Assembly: GCA_002305755.1 (NCBI GenBank)
Contig: DBQV01000021.1
Coordinates: forward strand, 623-64,622
DNA from: Christensenella sp. UBA1385
GTDB lineage: Bacteria; Bacillota; Clostridia; Christensenellales; Aristaeellaceae
DNA length: 64,000 nt
Direction: 5' to 3'
In this document: positions 1 to 9,476 of the stretch, one piece after another
Numbering within the stretch: the first letter of the stretch is position 1
Layout: every line of letters begins with the position of its first letter
Made by a program: the position numbers and the translations under genes
Notes under the pieces: model-generated
The model's input: only the letters and a program-made list of their open reading frames with translations
Database searches by the model: none
Told to the model about the DNA's origin: nothing

Positions 1-489
1 CTCTTCCATCATGATCTGCATGGAGGCCATTTCCTCCTGGTTGATATATACTTCCTCTGGGTTGGTCGCATTGCCCTCTGTCACGTCCATCAGGCTGCGT
101 TCATCATTTTCTTCATAAACAGGCCTGTTGAGAGACACATAGCTGTTCAGCGGGACATGCTTTTGTCTAGTAGCCGTCTTAATGGCGGTGATGATCTGAC
201 GCTTGATGCACAGGTCGGAAAAGACGCGGAAGGAGGTCTGTTTGGCAGTGTCGAAGTCTCTGATCGCCTTGTACAGGCCGATCATGCCCTCCTGCACGAT
301 ATCCTCATGATCCGCGCCGATCAGAAAATAGCCCCGGGCTTTCATGCGCACGAGGCCTTTATAGCTTTCCAGCAGGTAGATCAATGCGGCGGAATCTCCC
401 TGCTGGGCAAGAGCGACAAGCTTCTCATCGCTCTTGCCTTCAAGGGAGTCCGCATGATCTCCGCCAAGATGAATCGAATCAGACGTCAT
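1..489 (-). CDS. sigH: Sigma factor SigH (Spo0H-type), N-terminal ~163 codons; the 3' end lies beyond the left window edge
   Basis: Not in the ORF track because there is no stop inside the window. My reverse translation from the ATG at 489-487 gives MTSDSIHLGGDHADSLEGKSDEKLVALAQQGDSAALIYLLESYKGLVRMKARGYFLIGADHEDIVQEGMIGLYKAIRDFDTAK. This matches the conserved SigH signature YFLIGAD.EDIVQEGMIGLYK.IRDF. It lies 14 nt downstream of rlmB, as in the Bacillus mrnC-rlmB-sigH block. The plus-strand ORFs 157-528 and 384-971 are antisense artefacts. Confidence 0.8.
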   Translation of the reverse strand, partial: MTSDSIHLGGDHADSLEGKSDEKLVALAQQGDSAALIYLLESYKGLVRMKARGYFLIGADHEDIVQEGMIGLYKAIRDFDTAKQTSFRVFSDLCIKRQIITAIKTATRQKHVPLNSYVSLNRPVYEENDERSLMDVTEGNATNPEEVYINQEEMASMQIMMEE

Positions 490-503
490 GCCCAAAAAAT
501 GCC

Positions 504-1679
504 TTATTTGGTTTCCCTGCCGGTGTAAACGCCATACATCAGAATACCCGCTGCCACAGAAGCATTCAGCGAATCGATCACGCCCGACATGGGGATGGAA
601 ACGGACGTGTCGCACAGTTCAAGAGTCAGCTTGCTGATGCCTTCCCCTTCATTGCCGATCACCAGGGCGCATCCGCCCTTGAAATCCACCTTCCGATAGT
701 CGGTTCCTTCGGCGTCCGCCGCATAAACCCAGATCCCCAGGTCCTTCAGCTGACGAATCGTCTGGTTGATGTTGGTCACCCGAGCAACTTTCACATGCTC
801 CACAGCGCCCGCGGAAGCGCGGACAGCCGATGGGGTAAGCCCCACTGCCCTGTGCTGCTGCACGATTACGCCATGCGCCCCCACGCAGGCAGCGGAACGG
901 ATGATGGCACCCAGGTTCATCGGATCCGTAATTTTGTCAAGAATCACGATGAACGGCTCCTCCCCCTTTAATTTGGCCGTATCCAGTATCTCATCAACGC
1001 TGGAATAAGCGAAGGCGGAGGCGAAGGCGATCATGCCCTGATGGTTTCGGGTGATCTGGTCCAGCCTGGACCGCTCCACTGTCTGCACCATGATGCCGGC
1101 ATTTCTGGCCATCGAAACGATTTCACGGGCCGAACCTGAAAGATCCCCTTCCGCGACCAGCAGCTTTTCAATGTCACGGCCAGTCTTGATGGCCTCCCGA
1201 ATGGGGTTGCGGCCGCTGAGCAGGTTTTCAGGAACTTCAGGCTCAAGGTGCGTCTGGGGCGCCACGGCAACCGGAGCGGGAGGCGCCACCTGCTCAGCCT
1301 TTGGAACAAATCGCCTCGGCGCAGAGGGTCTCATACCGGCCGGAGCGCGGCGGTATTCCCCTTCTACAGGACGGTAGCCTGACGAATATCCTTTGCGCGC
1401 AGGCTGGCTCTGGGTCCGATCAAAGCGGGCATTGCCGGAATAAGAGCCCTGGCCGCTCCGTCCGGCGCTTTCACGCTGCCCCGGATAGGCGTCATGCCCT
1501 CTCTTATCGAATGAATTGGAAGAGGGCCTGCCGCCCTGACTGTATCCGCCCTCGCGGGAGGCGGGAGCATTCCGACCGTTTCGGCTGCCTTCCTCCTGCC
1601 TGAAGCGCGCGCTCTTGCCTTGAGAAAACCCGCCGAATCCCTTGCTCTTGTCGGGAGCATACTTTTTATAAAACGCCAT
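504..1679 (-). CDS. rlmB: 23S rRNA (guanosine-2'-O)-methyltransferase RlmB/YacO (TrmH/SpoU family) with a ~150-aa Arg/Gly/Ser/Tyr-rich N-terminal extension
   Basis: The C-terminal 240 aa carry the SpoU signature: GRNPIREAIKTGRDIEKLLV, ILDKITDPMNLGAIIRSA, LVIGNEGEGIS, IPMSGVIDSLNASVAAGILMY. The position between mrnC and sigH fits. Confidence 0.88.
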   Translation of the reverse strand: MAFYKKYAPDKSKGFGGFSQGKSARFRQEEGSRNGRNAPASREGGYSQGGRPSSNSFDKRGHDAYPGQRESAGRSGQGSYSGNARFDRTQSQPARKGYSSGYRPVEGEYRRAPAGMRPSAPRRFVPKAEQVAPPAPVAVAPQTHLEPEVPENLLSGRNPIREAIKTGRDIEKLLVAEGDLSGSAREIVSMARNAGIMVQTVERSRLDQITRNHQGMIAFASAFAYSSVDEILDTAKLKGEEPFIVILDKITDPMNLGAIIRSAACVGAHGVIVQQHRAVGLTPSAVRASAGAVEHVKVARVTNINQTIRQLKDLGIWVYAADAEGTDYRKVDFKGGCALVIGNEGEGISKLTLELCDTSVSIPMSGVIDSLNASVAAGILMYGVYTGRETK

Positions 1680-1723
1680 AATCCTTCCTTAATCTATATC
1701 AACGTCGTTTGGAAACAGAGCCG

Positions 1724-2128
1724 CTATGAATCCTGATCCTCAAGCGTCAGCTGAAACAATTCCTTCAGCCGCTCCTCACGGCCCTGCACATAAAGATAGC
1801 CAAGCAGGGTCTCCAGACCGGTGGCCGCCGCATAATCAGCGACGGTCGCGCTCTTTGGAGCACTGTGGCGCGCATGTGCGTTTCTGCCCCGGCGAACATA
1901 TTCCAGTTCGTCCTCCTCAAGGTGCGGAAGCAGTGCCGCCAAGGTTTTTGCCTGCGCGACCGCGCTCACGCGCGCCACGGCGCTTTTGTGCATGGCCAGG
2001 AGCTTGCGGTTGTCCCGCAGCAGATGACCGCGCACGAGAAGATCATACACAGAATCTCCTATGTAGGCCAGCTGCAGAGGGCTGAGGCTCATCAGCTCCT
2101 GCCGCGAAATCTTTCCAAAGCTGGGCAT
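1724..2128 (-). CDS. mrnC: Mini-ribonuclease 3 (Mini-III, 23S rRNA maturation)
   Basis: LQLAYIGDSVYDLLVRGHLL and ARNAHARHSAPKSATVADYAAATGLETLLGYLY match the Mini-III RNase III-like signature. 134 aa. ATGA overlap with the upstream AraC gene. Confidence 0.88.
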   Translation of the reverse strand: MPSFGKISRQELMSLSPLQLAYIGDSVYDLLVRGHLLRDNRKLLAMHKSAVARVSAVAQAKTLAALLPHLEEDELEYVRRGRNAHARHSAPKSATVADYAAATGLETLLGYLYVQGREERLKELFQLTLEDQDS

Positions 2129-3000
2129 CAGCCTTGCTGCGCCGTCTTACTGTAAGCGGACGGGCTCATCCCTACAATGTTTTTGAAGGTCTTGGAGAAA
2201 TGGTAGGGGTCACTCATGCCCACTTCCACGCCGGCTTGTCTGACCGTGCTGCCCTCTTTGAGCAGCGTTTTAGCACGCTCCATCTTGCAGAACAGCTGAT
2301 AGCTCTGCGGCGGCATGCCCACTTCGGAGACAAAGCGCTTGCGAAAGGTCTCTACCGGCATCCGGCTGAGGCTGGCCATATCGCTCAGGCTGAAGCTGTC
2401 TTTATACTGGTTCTTGCGCATGGCGTCGATCACTTTGGCGATTTCGTGGGAAAGCACCGCGTCCATCGCTACGGGCTGCCCGCTGTGAGAGGCCAGCATG
2501 GCCCAAAGCAGTTGCTGCAGCTGGGCGGAAGAAGCATCCTGAGCGGCGCTTACACGCACCGTGGCCTGCACAATGTGCTTGGCCAGCTTGAGCTGGGATG
2601 GCAGCGCGCCCTGCTTCATAGCGATCTTGGAAAGCGCGCCCATTTTTTGCAGAAACATACCGGAAAGCGGCCCGGAAACCATCAGCCACAGCATACGCGT
2701 TTCCTGCTCGGATACCAGATGAAGCCCTGTCGTGTTTGGCGGTACCATGCAGCTTTCTTTCCCCTTCAGCTGAATACTGAATTCATCATTGCTGAGCGTA
2801 AAGGTACCATTTTGGGCGGCGATCCACAGCCAGCAATCCACATCCTTCAGCACGTGAGAGCCCTGCGACAGCATGGATGCGCCGGCCGCAGATATCCATA
2901 CCCCGCTGGCCTCTGCCAGTTCGTCTGGCACATGATGACCTTCTACGCTGAAAGGCTGATCGGCCTTGGACTGCACATCATAGAACAAAACAGAATCCAT
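2128..3000 (-). CDS. AraC/XylS-family transcriptional regulator
   Basis: The C-terminal double HTH reads FSLSDMASLSRMPVETFRKRFVSEVGMPPQSYQLFCKMERAKTLLKEGSTVRQAGVEVGMSDPYHFSKTFKNIVGMSPSAY. I place the start at ATG 3000 (the ORF track starts one codon earlier on TTG), 9 nt after AAGGAGG. Confidence 0.8.
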   Translation of the reverse strand: MDSVLFYDVQSKADQPFSVEGHHVPDELAEASGVWISAAGASMLSQGSHVLKDVDCWLWIAAQNGTFTLSNDEFSIQLKGKESCMVPPNTTGLHLVSEQETRMLWLMVSGPLSGMFLQKMGALSKIAMKQGALPSQLKLAKHIVQATVRVSAAQDASSAQLQQLLWAMLASHSGQPVAMDAVLSHEIAKVIDAMRKNQYKDSFSLSDMASLSRMPVETFRKRFVSEVGMPPQSYQLFCKMERAKTLLKEGSTVRQAGVEVGMSDPYHFSKTFKNIVGMSPSAYSKTAQQG

Positions 3001-3183
3001 CAATACTTACCTCCTTAGGGATAGGAGCATGATACATGCCAATTCATACATTGTCAATATCCAATCCAAAAGTGACATTGCCGAAAAAGACAATGTGTTA
3101 TTATGGATAGAATAGTTACCGTAAAGGGATGTGCTTTCTTTCTCAGACCGCTGCCGGATCACAAAATCATAATCAGATTTTGA

Positions 3184-3212
3184 TTGACGAACGCAAATAC
3201 CTGTGCTATCAT
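3184..3212 (+). promoter_or_regulatory. Sigma-A-type promoter for tRNA-Ser
   Basis: TTGACG (3184-3189), 17-nt spacer, TATCAT (3207-3212), about 22 nt upstream of the tRNA 5' end. Confidence 0.55.
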
Positions 3213-3234
3213 ATCACCCGCTGACGTAAGCGAT

Positions 3235-3325
3235 GGAGAGTTGGCTGAGTGGTCTAAGGCGCACGATTGGAAATCGTGTGTGGGCTTATACCCCACCCAG
3301 GGTTCAAATCCCTGACTCTCCGCCA
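3235..3325 (+). tRNA. tRNA-Ser (anticodon GGA), encoded CCA, long variable arm
   Basis: GGAGAGT acceptor pairs with ACTCTCC, followed by G73 and CCA. Anticodon loop is TTGGAAA within stem CACGA/TCGTG. Long variable arm GTGGGCTTATACCCCAC. T-arm is CCAGGGTTCAAATCCCTG. 91 nt, a class II tRNA. Confidence 0.93.
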
Positions 3326-3328
3326 GGT

Positions 3329-3358
3329 GCCGCTCCGACCGATCGGAGCGGCATTTTG
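3329..3358 (+). terminator. Rho-independent terminator after tRNA-Ser
   Basis: GCCGCTCCGA-CCGA-TCGGAGCGGC, a 10-bp stem followed by ATTTTG. Confidence 0.7.
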
Positions 3359-3386
3359 CTGCCTCTTTCCCGCAGGCCGGCCTTCC

Positions 3387-3415
3387 TTGACACCCATGAG
3401 CCAATCCATCATAAT
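3387..3415 (+). promoter_or_regulatory. Candidate promoter for der-plsY
   Basis: TTGACA (3387-3392), 17 nt, CATAAT (3410-3415). Confidence 0.45.
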
Positions 3416-3501
3416 ACTTTTGCTGATTGACTGTGGCTTTTGCCGTGCCGCGCAATGCGATGAGAAGCCTGATTCTCAGCAAAGCTGTGAAGGAGAGAGG
3501 C

Positions 3502-4848
3502 ATGCTGAACTGTAAACCGCTGGTCGCCATTGTGGGTCGGCCTAATGTGGGAAAATCAACCTTTTTCAATAAGATAGCCGGCCACAGGATCGCCATTGTG
3601 GAGGATACGCCCGGCGTTACACGCGACCGCATCTACGCCGATACAGAATGGACGGGGCGCGCCTTCACGCTGATCGATACCGGGGGTATCGATACGCAAA
3701 GCGACGACGTGTTGCTTTCTCAGATGCGCAGGCAGGCTCAAATCGCCGTGGAAACGGCCGATGTGATCTGCTTTTTTGTGGACGCAAGAAGCGGCATGAC
3801 CCATCAGGATGAGGAGATCGCGCTGATGCTGCGAATGTCTAAAAAACCCATCCTTCTGGTCGTCAACAAAGTGGATTTTCAGGGCCTTGATAACGATGTG
3901 TACGAATATTATAGCCTCGGATTGGGCGATCCTATTGCGATTTCCGCAGCCAATATGCTCGGCCTTGGCGATCTGCTGGATGCCATTGTCAAGAGCCTTC
4001 CCCCCGTTCCTGAACACGAAGCGACAGAGCTTATGCCTGTCCAGCTTGCGATCGTTGGCCGCCCTAATGTCGGCAAGAGCAGCATCACCAACCGTCTCTT
4101 GCAGCAGGAGCGAGTGATGGTGTCGGATATTCCCGGCACCACGCGCGATGCCGTTGATACGCTGTATGAGCACGAAAACGGCAAGCTATACAACCTGATC
4201 GATACGGCCGGCATACGGCGCAAGCGCGCCATTGAAGACGACAGTCTGGAGCGCTACAGCGTGCTGCGCAGCTTTACCGCCATCCACAGGTGCGAAGTCG
4301 CTCTCTTGGTGATCGATGCCAATGACGGCGTGACGGAACAGGATACCAAGATCGCGGGCCTGGTGAAAGACGAAGGAAAGGCCATGATCGTTGTAGTCAA
4401 CAAGTGGGACTCGATAGAGAAGGAAACAGGCACGTTTGAAAAGTACCGCAAAGAAGTGCTTGAAACGCTGAAATTTGTTGATTACGCGCCGGTTCTGTTT
4501 GTTTCAGCCCTGAGCGGACAGCGGATCAACACGATCTGGGAAGCGGTGGACGAGGTCTATGAACAGGCCAGCCGCCGCATCACGACCGGCGCTCTCAACG
4601 AGGTCATCGGAGAAGCGCAGATCTCTCTTCAGCCGCCACGGAGCGGAAGCAGGCAGCTTCGCATCTATTACGCTACGCAGAACGATGTGCTCCCTCCATC
4701 CTTTGTCCTGTTTGTCAATGATGAGGAGCTGATGCACTTTTCTTATGAAAGATATCTTGAAAACCGGCTCCGTCAGGCCTTTGGCTTCATCGGAACGCCG
4801 ATCAGGCTGACGCTGCGCGAACGCAAGAAAGAGGAGAATATGACATGA
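3502..4848 (+). CDS. der: Ribosome-associated GTPase Der/EngA (double GTPase domain)
   Basis: Two P-loops (GRPNVGKSTFFN and GRPNVGKSSITN) plus a KH-like C-terminus. The start is moved to ATG 3502, preceded by GGAGAGAGG. The 25-codon N-terminal extension in the ORF track has no Der homology. Confidence 0.92.
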   Translation: MLNCKPLVAIVGRPNVGKSTFFNKIAGHRIAIVEDTPGVTRDRIYADTEWTGRAFTLIDTGGIDTQSDDVLLSQMRRQAQIAVETADVICFFVDARSGMTHQDEEIALMLRMSKKPILLVVNKVDFQGLDNDVYEYYSLGLGDPIAISAANMLGLGDLLDAIVKSLPPVPEHEATELMPVQLAIVGRPNVGKSSITNRLLQQERVMVSDIPGTTRDAVDTLYEHENGKLYNLIDTAGIRRKRAIEDDSLERYSVLRSFTAIHRCEVALLVIDANDGVTEQDTKIAGLVKDEGKAMIVVVNKWDSIEKETGTFEKYRKEVLETLKFVDYAPVLFVSALSGQRINTIWEAVDEVYEQASRRITTGALNEVIGEAQISLQPPRSGSRQLRIYYATQNDVLPPSFVLFVNDEELMHFSYERYLENRLRQAFGFIGTPIRLTLRERKKEENMT

Positions 4849-5450
4849 ACTGGCTGCATCTGGCTCTCTGCGCTGTCATCGGCTATTTTCTCGGGTCTTT
4901 CTCTTCGGGCATCGTGCTGGGAGAGAGACAGAAAGTCGATATCAGGCAGCACGGCAGCAAGAACACCGGCGCCACAAACGCGATCCGCGTGATGGGGCTC
5001 AGGCTGGGTCTTCTGACCTTTGCAGGAGACTTTGCGAAGGCGGCCATTGCCGTCTTGCTGGGCCGGATGATCGGCGGACGGGACGGCGGCCTTCTGGCCG
5101 GTCTTTTTGCCGTTGTTGGGCACAACTGGCCGCTTTTCTATGGCTTCAGCGGCGGAAAGGGCATTGCCTGTTCCACGGCCGTTTTGCTGCTAAACGTTTT
5201 TCCGGAAGGGCTGGTTGCGGTGCTCGTCGCTGTGCTGGCAATCTACTTCAGCCGCTATGTATCGTTAGGCAGCCTCTCCCTGCTGCTGACTGCCGCGCTG
5301 CTTCTTCCCTTCACCCGCGGTTTCTGGCCCTATGGCGTCTGGGCTTTTCTTCTGCTTCTTTTTGGCGCATACAGGCACCGAAGCAACATCGGCCGCTTGC
5401 TCAATGGGACGGAAAGCAAGTTCACCGGAAAAAAACACGATAACGCTTGA
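4845..5450 (+). CDS. plsY: Glycerol-3-phosphate acyltransferase PlsY
   Basis: GSKNTGATNAIRVMG and VVGHNWPLFYGFSGGKGIA motifs in a polytopic membrane protein. ATGA overlap with der, which is the conserved der-plsY pairing. Confidence 0.9.
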   Translation: MNWLHLALCAVIGYFLGSFSSGIVLGERQKVDIRQHGSKNTGATNAIRVMGLRLGLLTFAGDFAKAAIAVLLGRMIGGRDGGLLAGLFAVVGHNWPLFYGFSGGKGIACSTAVLLLNVFPEGLVAVLVAVLAIYFSRYVSLGSLSLLLTAALLLPFTRGFWPYGVWAFLLLLFGAYRHRSNIGRLLNGTESKFTGKKHDNA

Positions 5451-5514
5451 CCGCAGCATCAGGTCACAGCAAAACGGGACGCATCATCGCGCCTTGTTTT
5501 GCGCTATCAAATGC

Positions 5515-7656
5515 CTATGTACCGTTCCCGCTTTGCATGAATTTCGTCATCTGCCTCATCTCGTCCAGCAGCATCTCGAATCCGATCTCTTTTGAAGCGT
5601 CCTCAAGCAATATGTTGCTCCCGCTCTCGGCATCATAAACCCCCTGGCAGTTCAAAATCAGCATGCCATATTTCGCGCCGCCGAAGGTCTTGCTGATGCT
5701 GATCGGCGTCTCAAACTGATACCGGCGGCTTGTCTTTTGTACATTTTTCTGCGTTACCTTGTCGAGCTCGGTAAAGAACCGGATCGAAACCTTGAGCACT
5801 TCACTTCTCTCGTCATAGAAAGAACAGGAAAGCCTGAGATCATCGTCTTCGATAAGCAGATGCAGATTTCCCACCACATGCTTGGCATCAGCGACAATCG
5901 GCACAGTCTGCTCTCCCTGCATATCTGTGCGGAAAGGTGTGATGAAACAATCGAATTCTTGCTTCTGTCCCGTCAGCTCTGAAAGCAGAATACCGTAAGC
6001 GTTGAAGCTGACCGCGAAATGCTTCTTGTCCAGGGTATAGCTTCTGGTTTCGATGGTGTCCCCGCAGCGCCTGCAAAGCCGGATCTGCTTCCCGGGCGCA
6101 AACAGCCGGGCCGGTTCCGCCGTGCGCCACCTTCCGGGCCAGTGTTTCTTGGCCGCCAGGGCCCTCGTTTCAGTATGTTCGCAGTGTCTGCATTTCCTCG
6201 TCTGTTCCCCTGCTTCATTGCACCAGGCTTTGCGCACGGTCTCCCATCTGGCAAACGCATGCTTCCGGGGCTTGACGCTTCTGGATTCCTCGGTTCCGCA
6301 CACATCACAGCGCCTTGACTGTGTGCCGCCGTCCTCACAGCGCTGATAAACAGGTTTTTCCCAGCTGCCAAAGGTATGCTCGGTCATAGGGGCTGTCTTC
6401 TGCATTACAACTCCGCACAACGTGCAGGTTCGCTCATAAACGCCCTCACTGTGACAGGTTTCCCGCTTGATCTGGCTATACTCGGTATAGACATGATATA
6501 AGGCCTTGATTTCCCGGTTTTCCTTCTTGCCGCAAACCGAACAGGTCCGCAGCTGCTCACCGATCTGTTCACAGGCCGGCTCCTTGATCGTTATCCAGGA
6601 TGAGAATCGATGCCCGGGCGCGGCCTCGCTTTCCGTTTCGGTATATGCGCAGCTTTCACATTTTCGTTCACGCTTTTCCCCGTTCTCGCAATCGGCGGCA
6701 CTGAGCTTCCTCCACGATCCGAAAGCATGTTCTTTCGCTGAAATCGCGCGTTTTTCTTCATACCCACAGTGGCCGCAAACGCGAGACTCTTCCCCCTCTC
6801 CCCCACAGCTTGCATCCCTTAAGATATTCCAGTCACTGAAGCTGTGCGGGCTGGCAGCAATGGCTTCCGTGATTCTGTCGCCACAGTTCGAACAAACGCA
6901 TGCTTTCAGGCCTTCCCGATCACAGCTTTCAGCCGTGACAACCTCCCAAACGGAGTATTGGTGGAGCAGCCTTGGCAGCGATCTGTGCTCGACATATCCG
7001 CACGCTTTGCAGACCGCCCGTTCCTCTCCATCTGATTCGCAGGTCGGCTCTTTCACGCGCTCCGCTTTATCATATTGATGCTGCCCCGCAGGCACGGTCG
7101 CTGTCTCAGAATATGCACAGTTTTGACACTGTCTGCTTCTGTTGCCCGGTACATCGCAGGCCGTTCTCGGTTCTTCTTTCCATTCACCCATGATGTGAGG
7201 ATCTGCAAGCAGCTTTTCTTCTACCGTCTTGCCGCAGCCGATGCAGGTCCGTACCATCAGTCCGCCCTGTGAGCAGCTCGGTTCCTCCGCGATCACCCAT
7301 GAGCCATATCGATGGCTTAGCTTCTGCACGGTCTCCGTCAGGTCAGCCGAGCATACTCTGCATGTATAAACGATACAACCCTCTTTGGTGCAGTCCGCTT
7401 TGACCTTTGTTTCCCCTTTCCCATACTGATGAAGTGTGAGCTTCGGAATCTCGCTGCTCTCACTTGCCCCACACGCGCAGCTTCGCTGCTGAACGCCCGT
7501 TGCTCCACAGGTGGCGGACACAACCGTGCTCCACTCGCCGTATTGATGGTTGTGCTCCTGCTCCTGATCTCCTTCAGAAAATCCATTCGCACCCAAAAGC
7601 AAAAGCACAAACAAAAAGACGGCTGTCATTCTGAATCCACGCAGTGATTTCATCAT
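5515..7656 (-). CDS. Secreted/cell-surface protein with 13 tandem 39-aa His/Cys (H-x12-C-x9-C-x2-C) repeats and an unassigned ~170-aa C-terminal domain
   Basis: N-terminal signal peptide MMKSLRGFRMTAVFLFVLLLLGANGFSEG. GGAGG lies 8 nt before the ATG. The repeat structure is read directly from the translation. Confidence 0.8.
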   Translation of the reverse strand: MMKSLRGFRMTAVFLFVLLLLGANGFSEGDQEQEHNHQYGEWSTVVSATCGATGVQQRSCACGASESSEIPKLTLHQYGKGETKVKADCTKEGCIVYTCRVCSADLTETVQKLSHRYGSWVIAEEPSCSQGGLMVRTCIGCGKTVEEKLLADPHIMGEWKEEPRTACDVPGNRSRQCQNCAYSETATVPAGQHQYDKAERVKEPTCESDGEERAVCKACGYVEHRSLPRLLHQYSVWEVVTAESCDREGLKACVCSNCGDRITEAIAASPHSFSDWNILRDASCGGEGEESRVCGHCGYEEKRAISAKEHAFGSWRKLSAADCENGEKRERKCESCAYTETESEAAPGHRFSSWITIKEPACEQIGEQLRTCSVCGKKENREIKALYHVYTEYSQIKRETCHSEGVYERTCTLCGVVMQKTAPMTEHTFGSWEKPVYQRCEDGGTQSRRCDVCGTEESRSVKPRKHAFARWETVRKAWCNEAGEQTRKCRHCEHTETRALAAKKHWPGRWRTAEPARLFAPGKQIRLCRRCGDTIETRSYTLDKKHFAVSFNAYGILLSELTGQKQEFDCFITPFRTDMQGEQTVPIVADAKHVVGNLHLLIEDDDLRLSCSFYDERSEVLKVSIRFFTELDKVTQKNVQKTSRRYQFETPISISKTFGGAKYGMLILNCQGVYDAESGSNILLEDASKEIGFEMLLDEMRQMTKFMQSGNGT
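6022..7545 (-). repeat. In-frame tandem coding repeat, 13 units of 117 nt (39 aa)
   Basis: Each unit begins H-x-[YF]-x-x-W and carries C-x3-G ... R-x-C-x2-C. Example units are HRYGSWVIAEEPSCSQGGLMVRTCIGCGKTVEEKLLADP and HAFGSWRKLSAADCENGEKRERKCESCAYTETESEAAPG. There are 13 CxxC pairs. Unit 13 has lost the first Cys. Confidence 0.85.
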
Positions 7657-7705
7657 ACAGCCGCCTCCGAAAGTCGGAATGTGCTCCGTTTCCGCCCGGG
7701 TCAGT

Positions 7706-8350
<645 letters not shown>

Positions 8351-8381
8351 TCACGTTGATGGGCTAACTGTAACCTGTAAA

Positions 8382-8410
8382 ATTATATAAGTTTTATGAC
8401 GATTGCGCAA
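8382..8410 (-). promoter_or_regulatory. Candidate promoter for upp
   Basis: On the minus strand: TTGCGC (8410-8405), 17 nt, TATAAT (8387-8382), about 45 nt upstream of the upp ATG, in an AT-rich gap. Confidence 0.55.
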
Positions 8411-8564
8411 TACAAGGAAGCAGCTCGATCACAGCAATCGCTTATCTCAAGAAGTAAAGATATATACAGTTTATGCACTTCCCCAGAATAAGTATATATC
8501 GGTGATAAAGACCTGCAAACCAGGCCGAAACGAAGCTGCTTGGGATACTCTCAGTGAGACAGAC

Positions 8565-9464
8565 CTATCTGAAAGTCTCCCGCTTCTCGGCCGGTCCGTA
8601 AGGCTCCTGCCTCATAGGATCACGTCTCACCAGCACCTCCGGCCCCACCTTTCGGAACAGGCAGATCATTTCATTGGTCAGTGCCACGTTGGTATATGGT
8701 ACCTCGATCTCCTTTTGGCTCACAAAGACCGCTTGCGAAAGCTCCTGTTCGTTAAGCTTCACGCTGTCTGATCCCACTACGCGCGCGTAGAAGCCCGCGA
8801 GCAGAGAGCCCGTGAAGGCCCAGGGCTGGCTCTTATAGTAAGTGATGTTTCCCACCTCAAGCCCCGTCTCTTCCATCACCTCCCGCCTTACGGTCTCCTC
8901 CAGAGTTTCACCGATCTCAGTGTACCCTGCCACCAGGGCCCAGTGCGGTCTGGCAGGTCTGCCTTCGCCCAAAGCGTATTTGGTGAGCAGCAGCCGGTCT
9001 CCATCAATCACGCCCACGATGACCGCGGGCATGATCTGGGGGTACTCCCGGTTGCCACAGGCGGGGCAGCGCATCATGCGCTCCTTGCCGTCATGCACGG
9101 TCCGATGGCCGCATACGCCGCAATATTTGCGTGCTCTGTACCACCTGTACAAGTGACTCCCGAGCACGCCGGCAAAGGCCAGGTGCTGGGGCTGCGCTCC
9201 GCGCAGTTTTTGTACCGCCTGAAAGCGAAAGCCTGGTGCCCAAACAGCCCTGAAGGATAAGAAGTATTTCTGCCCGTCAATGGCGAACAGGTAGATAAAG
9301 CGGGCGGGATCCATCTTTTTGCCGTCGAACACAGGATAGGAGACGCCTCCCTGGTCCCTGACCAGTATGGCGTCTCCCTGGTAGCAAAGCACCGTATCAC
9401 CGTTTTGGATCACATGAGGATAGTAGGCGTTGTCTAAGCGCAGCGGACTGATTTCATGCAGCAT
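8565..9464 (-). CDS. nudC: NAD+ diphosphatase NudC (Nudix hydrolase with zinc ribbon)
   Basis: Zinc ribbon CGVCGHRTVHDGKERMMRCPACG followed by Nudix box GYTEIGETLEETVRREVMEETG and the SQPWAF motif. Confidence 0.82.
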   Translation of the reverse strand: MLHEISPLRLDNAYYPHVIQNGDTVLCYQGDAILVRDQGGVSYPVFDGKKMDPARFIYLFAIDGQKYFLSFRAVWAPGFRFQAVQKLRGAQPQHLAFAGVLGSHLYRWYRARKYCGVCGHRTVHDGKERMMRCPACGNREYPQIMPAVIVGVIDGDRLLLTKYALGEGRPARPHWALVAGYTEIGETLEETVRREVMEETGLEVGNITYYKSQPWAFTGSLLAGFYARVVGSDSVKLNEQELSQAVFVSQKEIEVPYTNVALTNEMICLFRKVGPEVLVRRDPMRQEPYGPAEKRETFR

Positions 9465-9476
9465 CTGGTCGCCAGA

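Noticed and set aside
3159-3632. 157-aa minus-strand ORF across the tRNA-Ser gene and the der start
   Set aside because: It overlaps a high-confidence tRNA, its terminator and the der 5' end. There are no protein motifs.
5515-7656. The 117-nt periodicity, considered as a CRISPR-like or satellite DNA array
   Set aside because: The period is in frame inside one long ORF that has a signal peptide. The units are conserved at the amino-acid level but diverged at the nucleotide level. There are no identical direct repeats or spacers.
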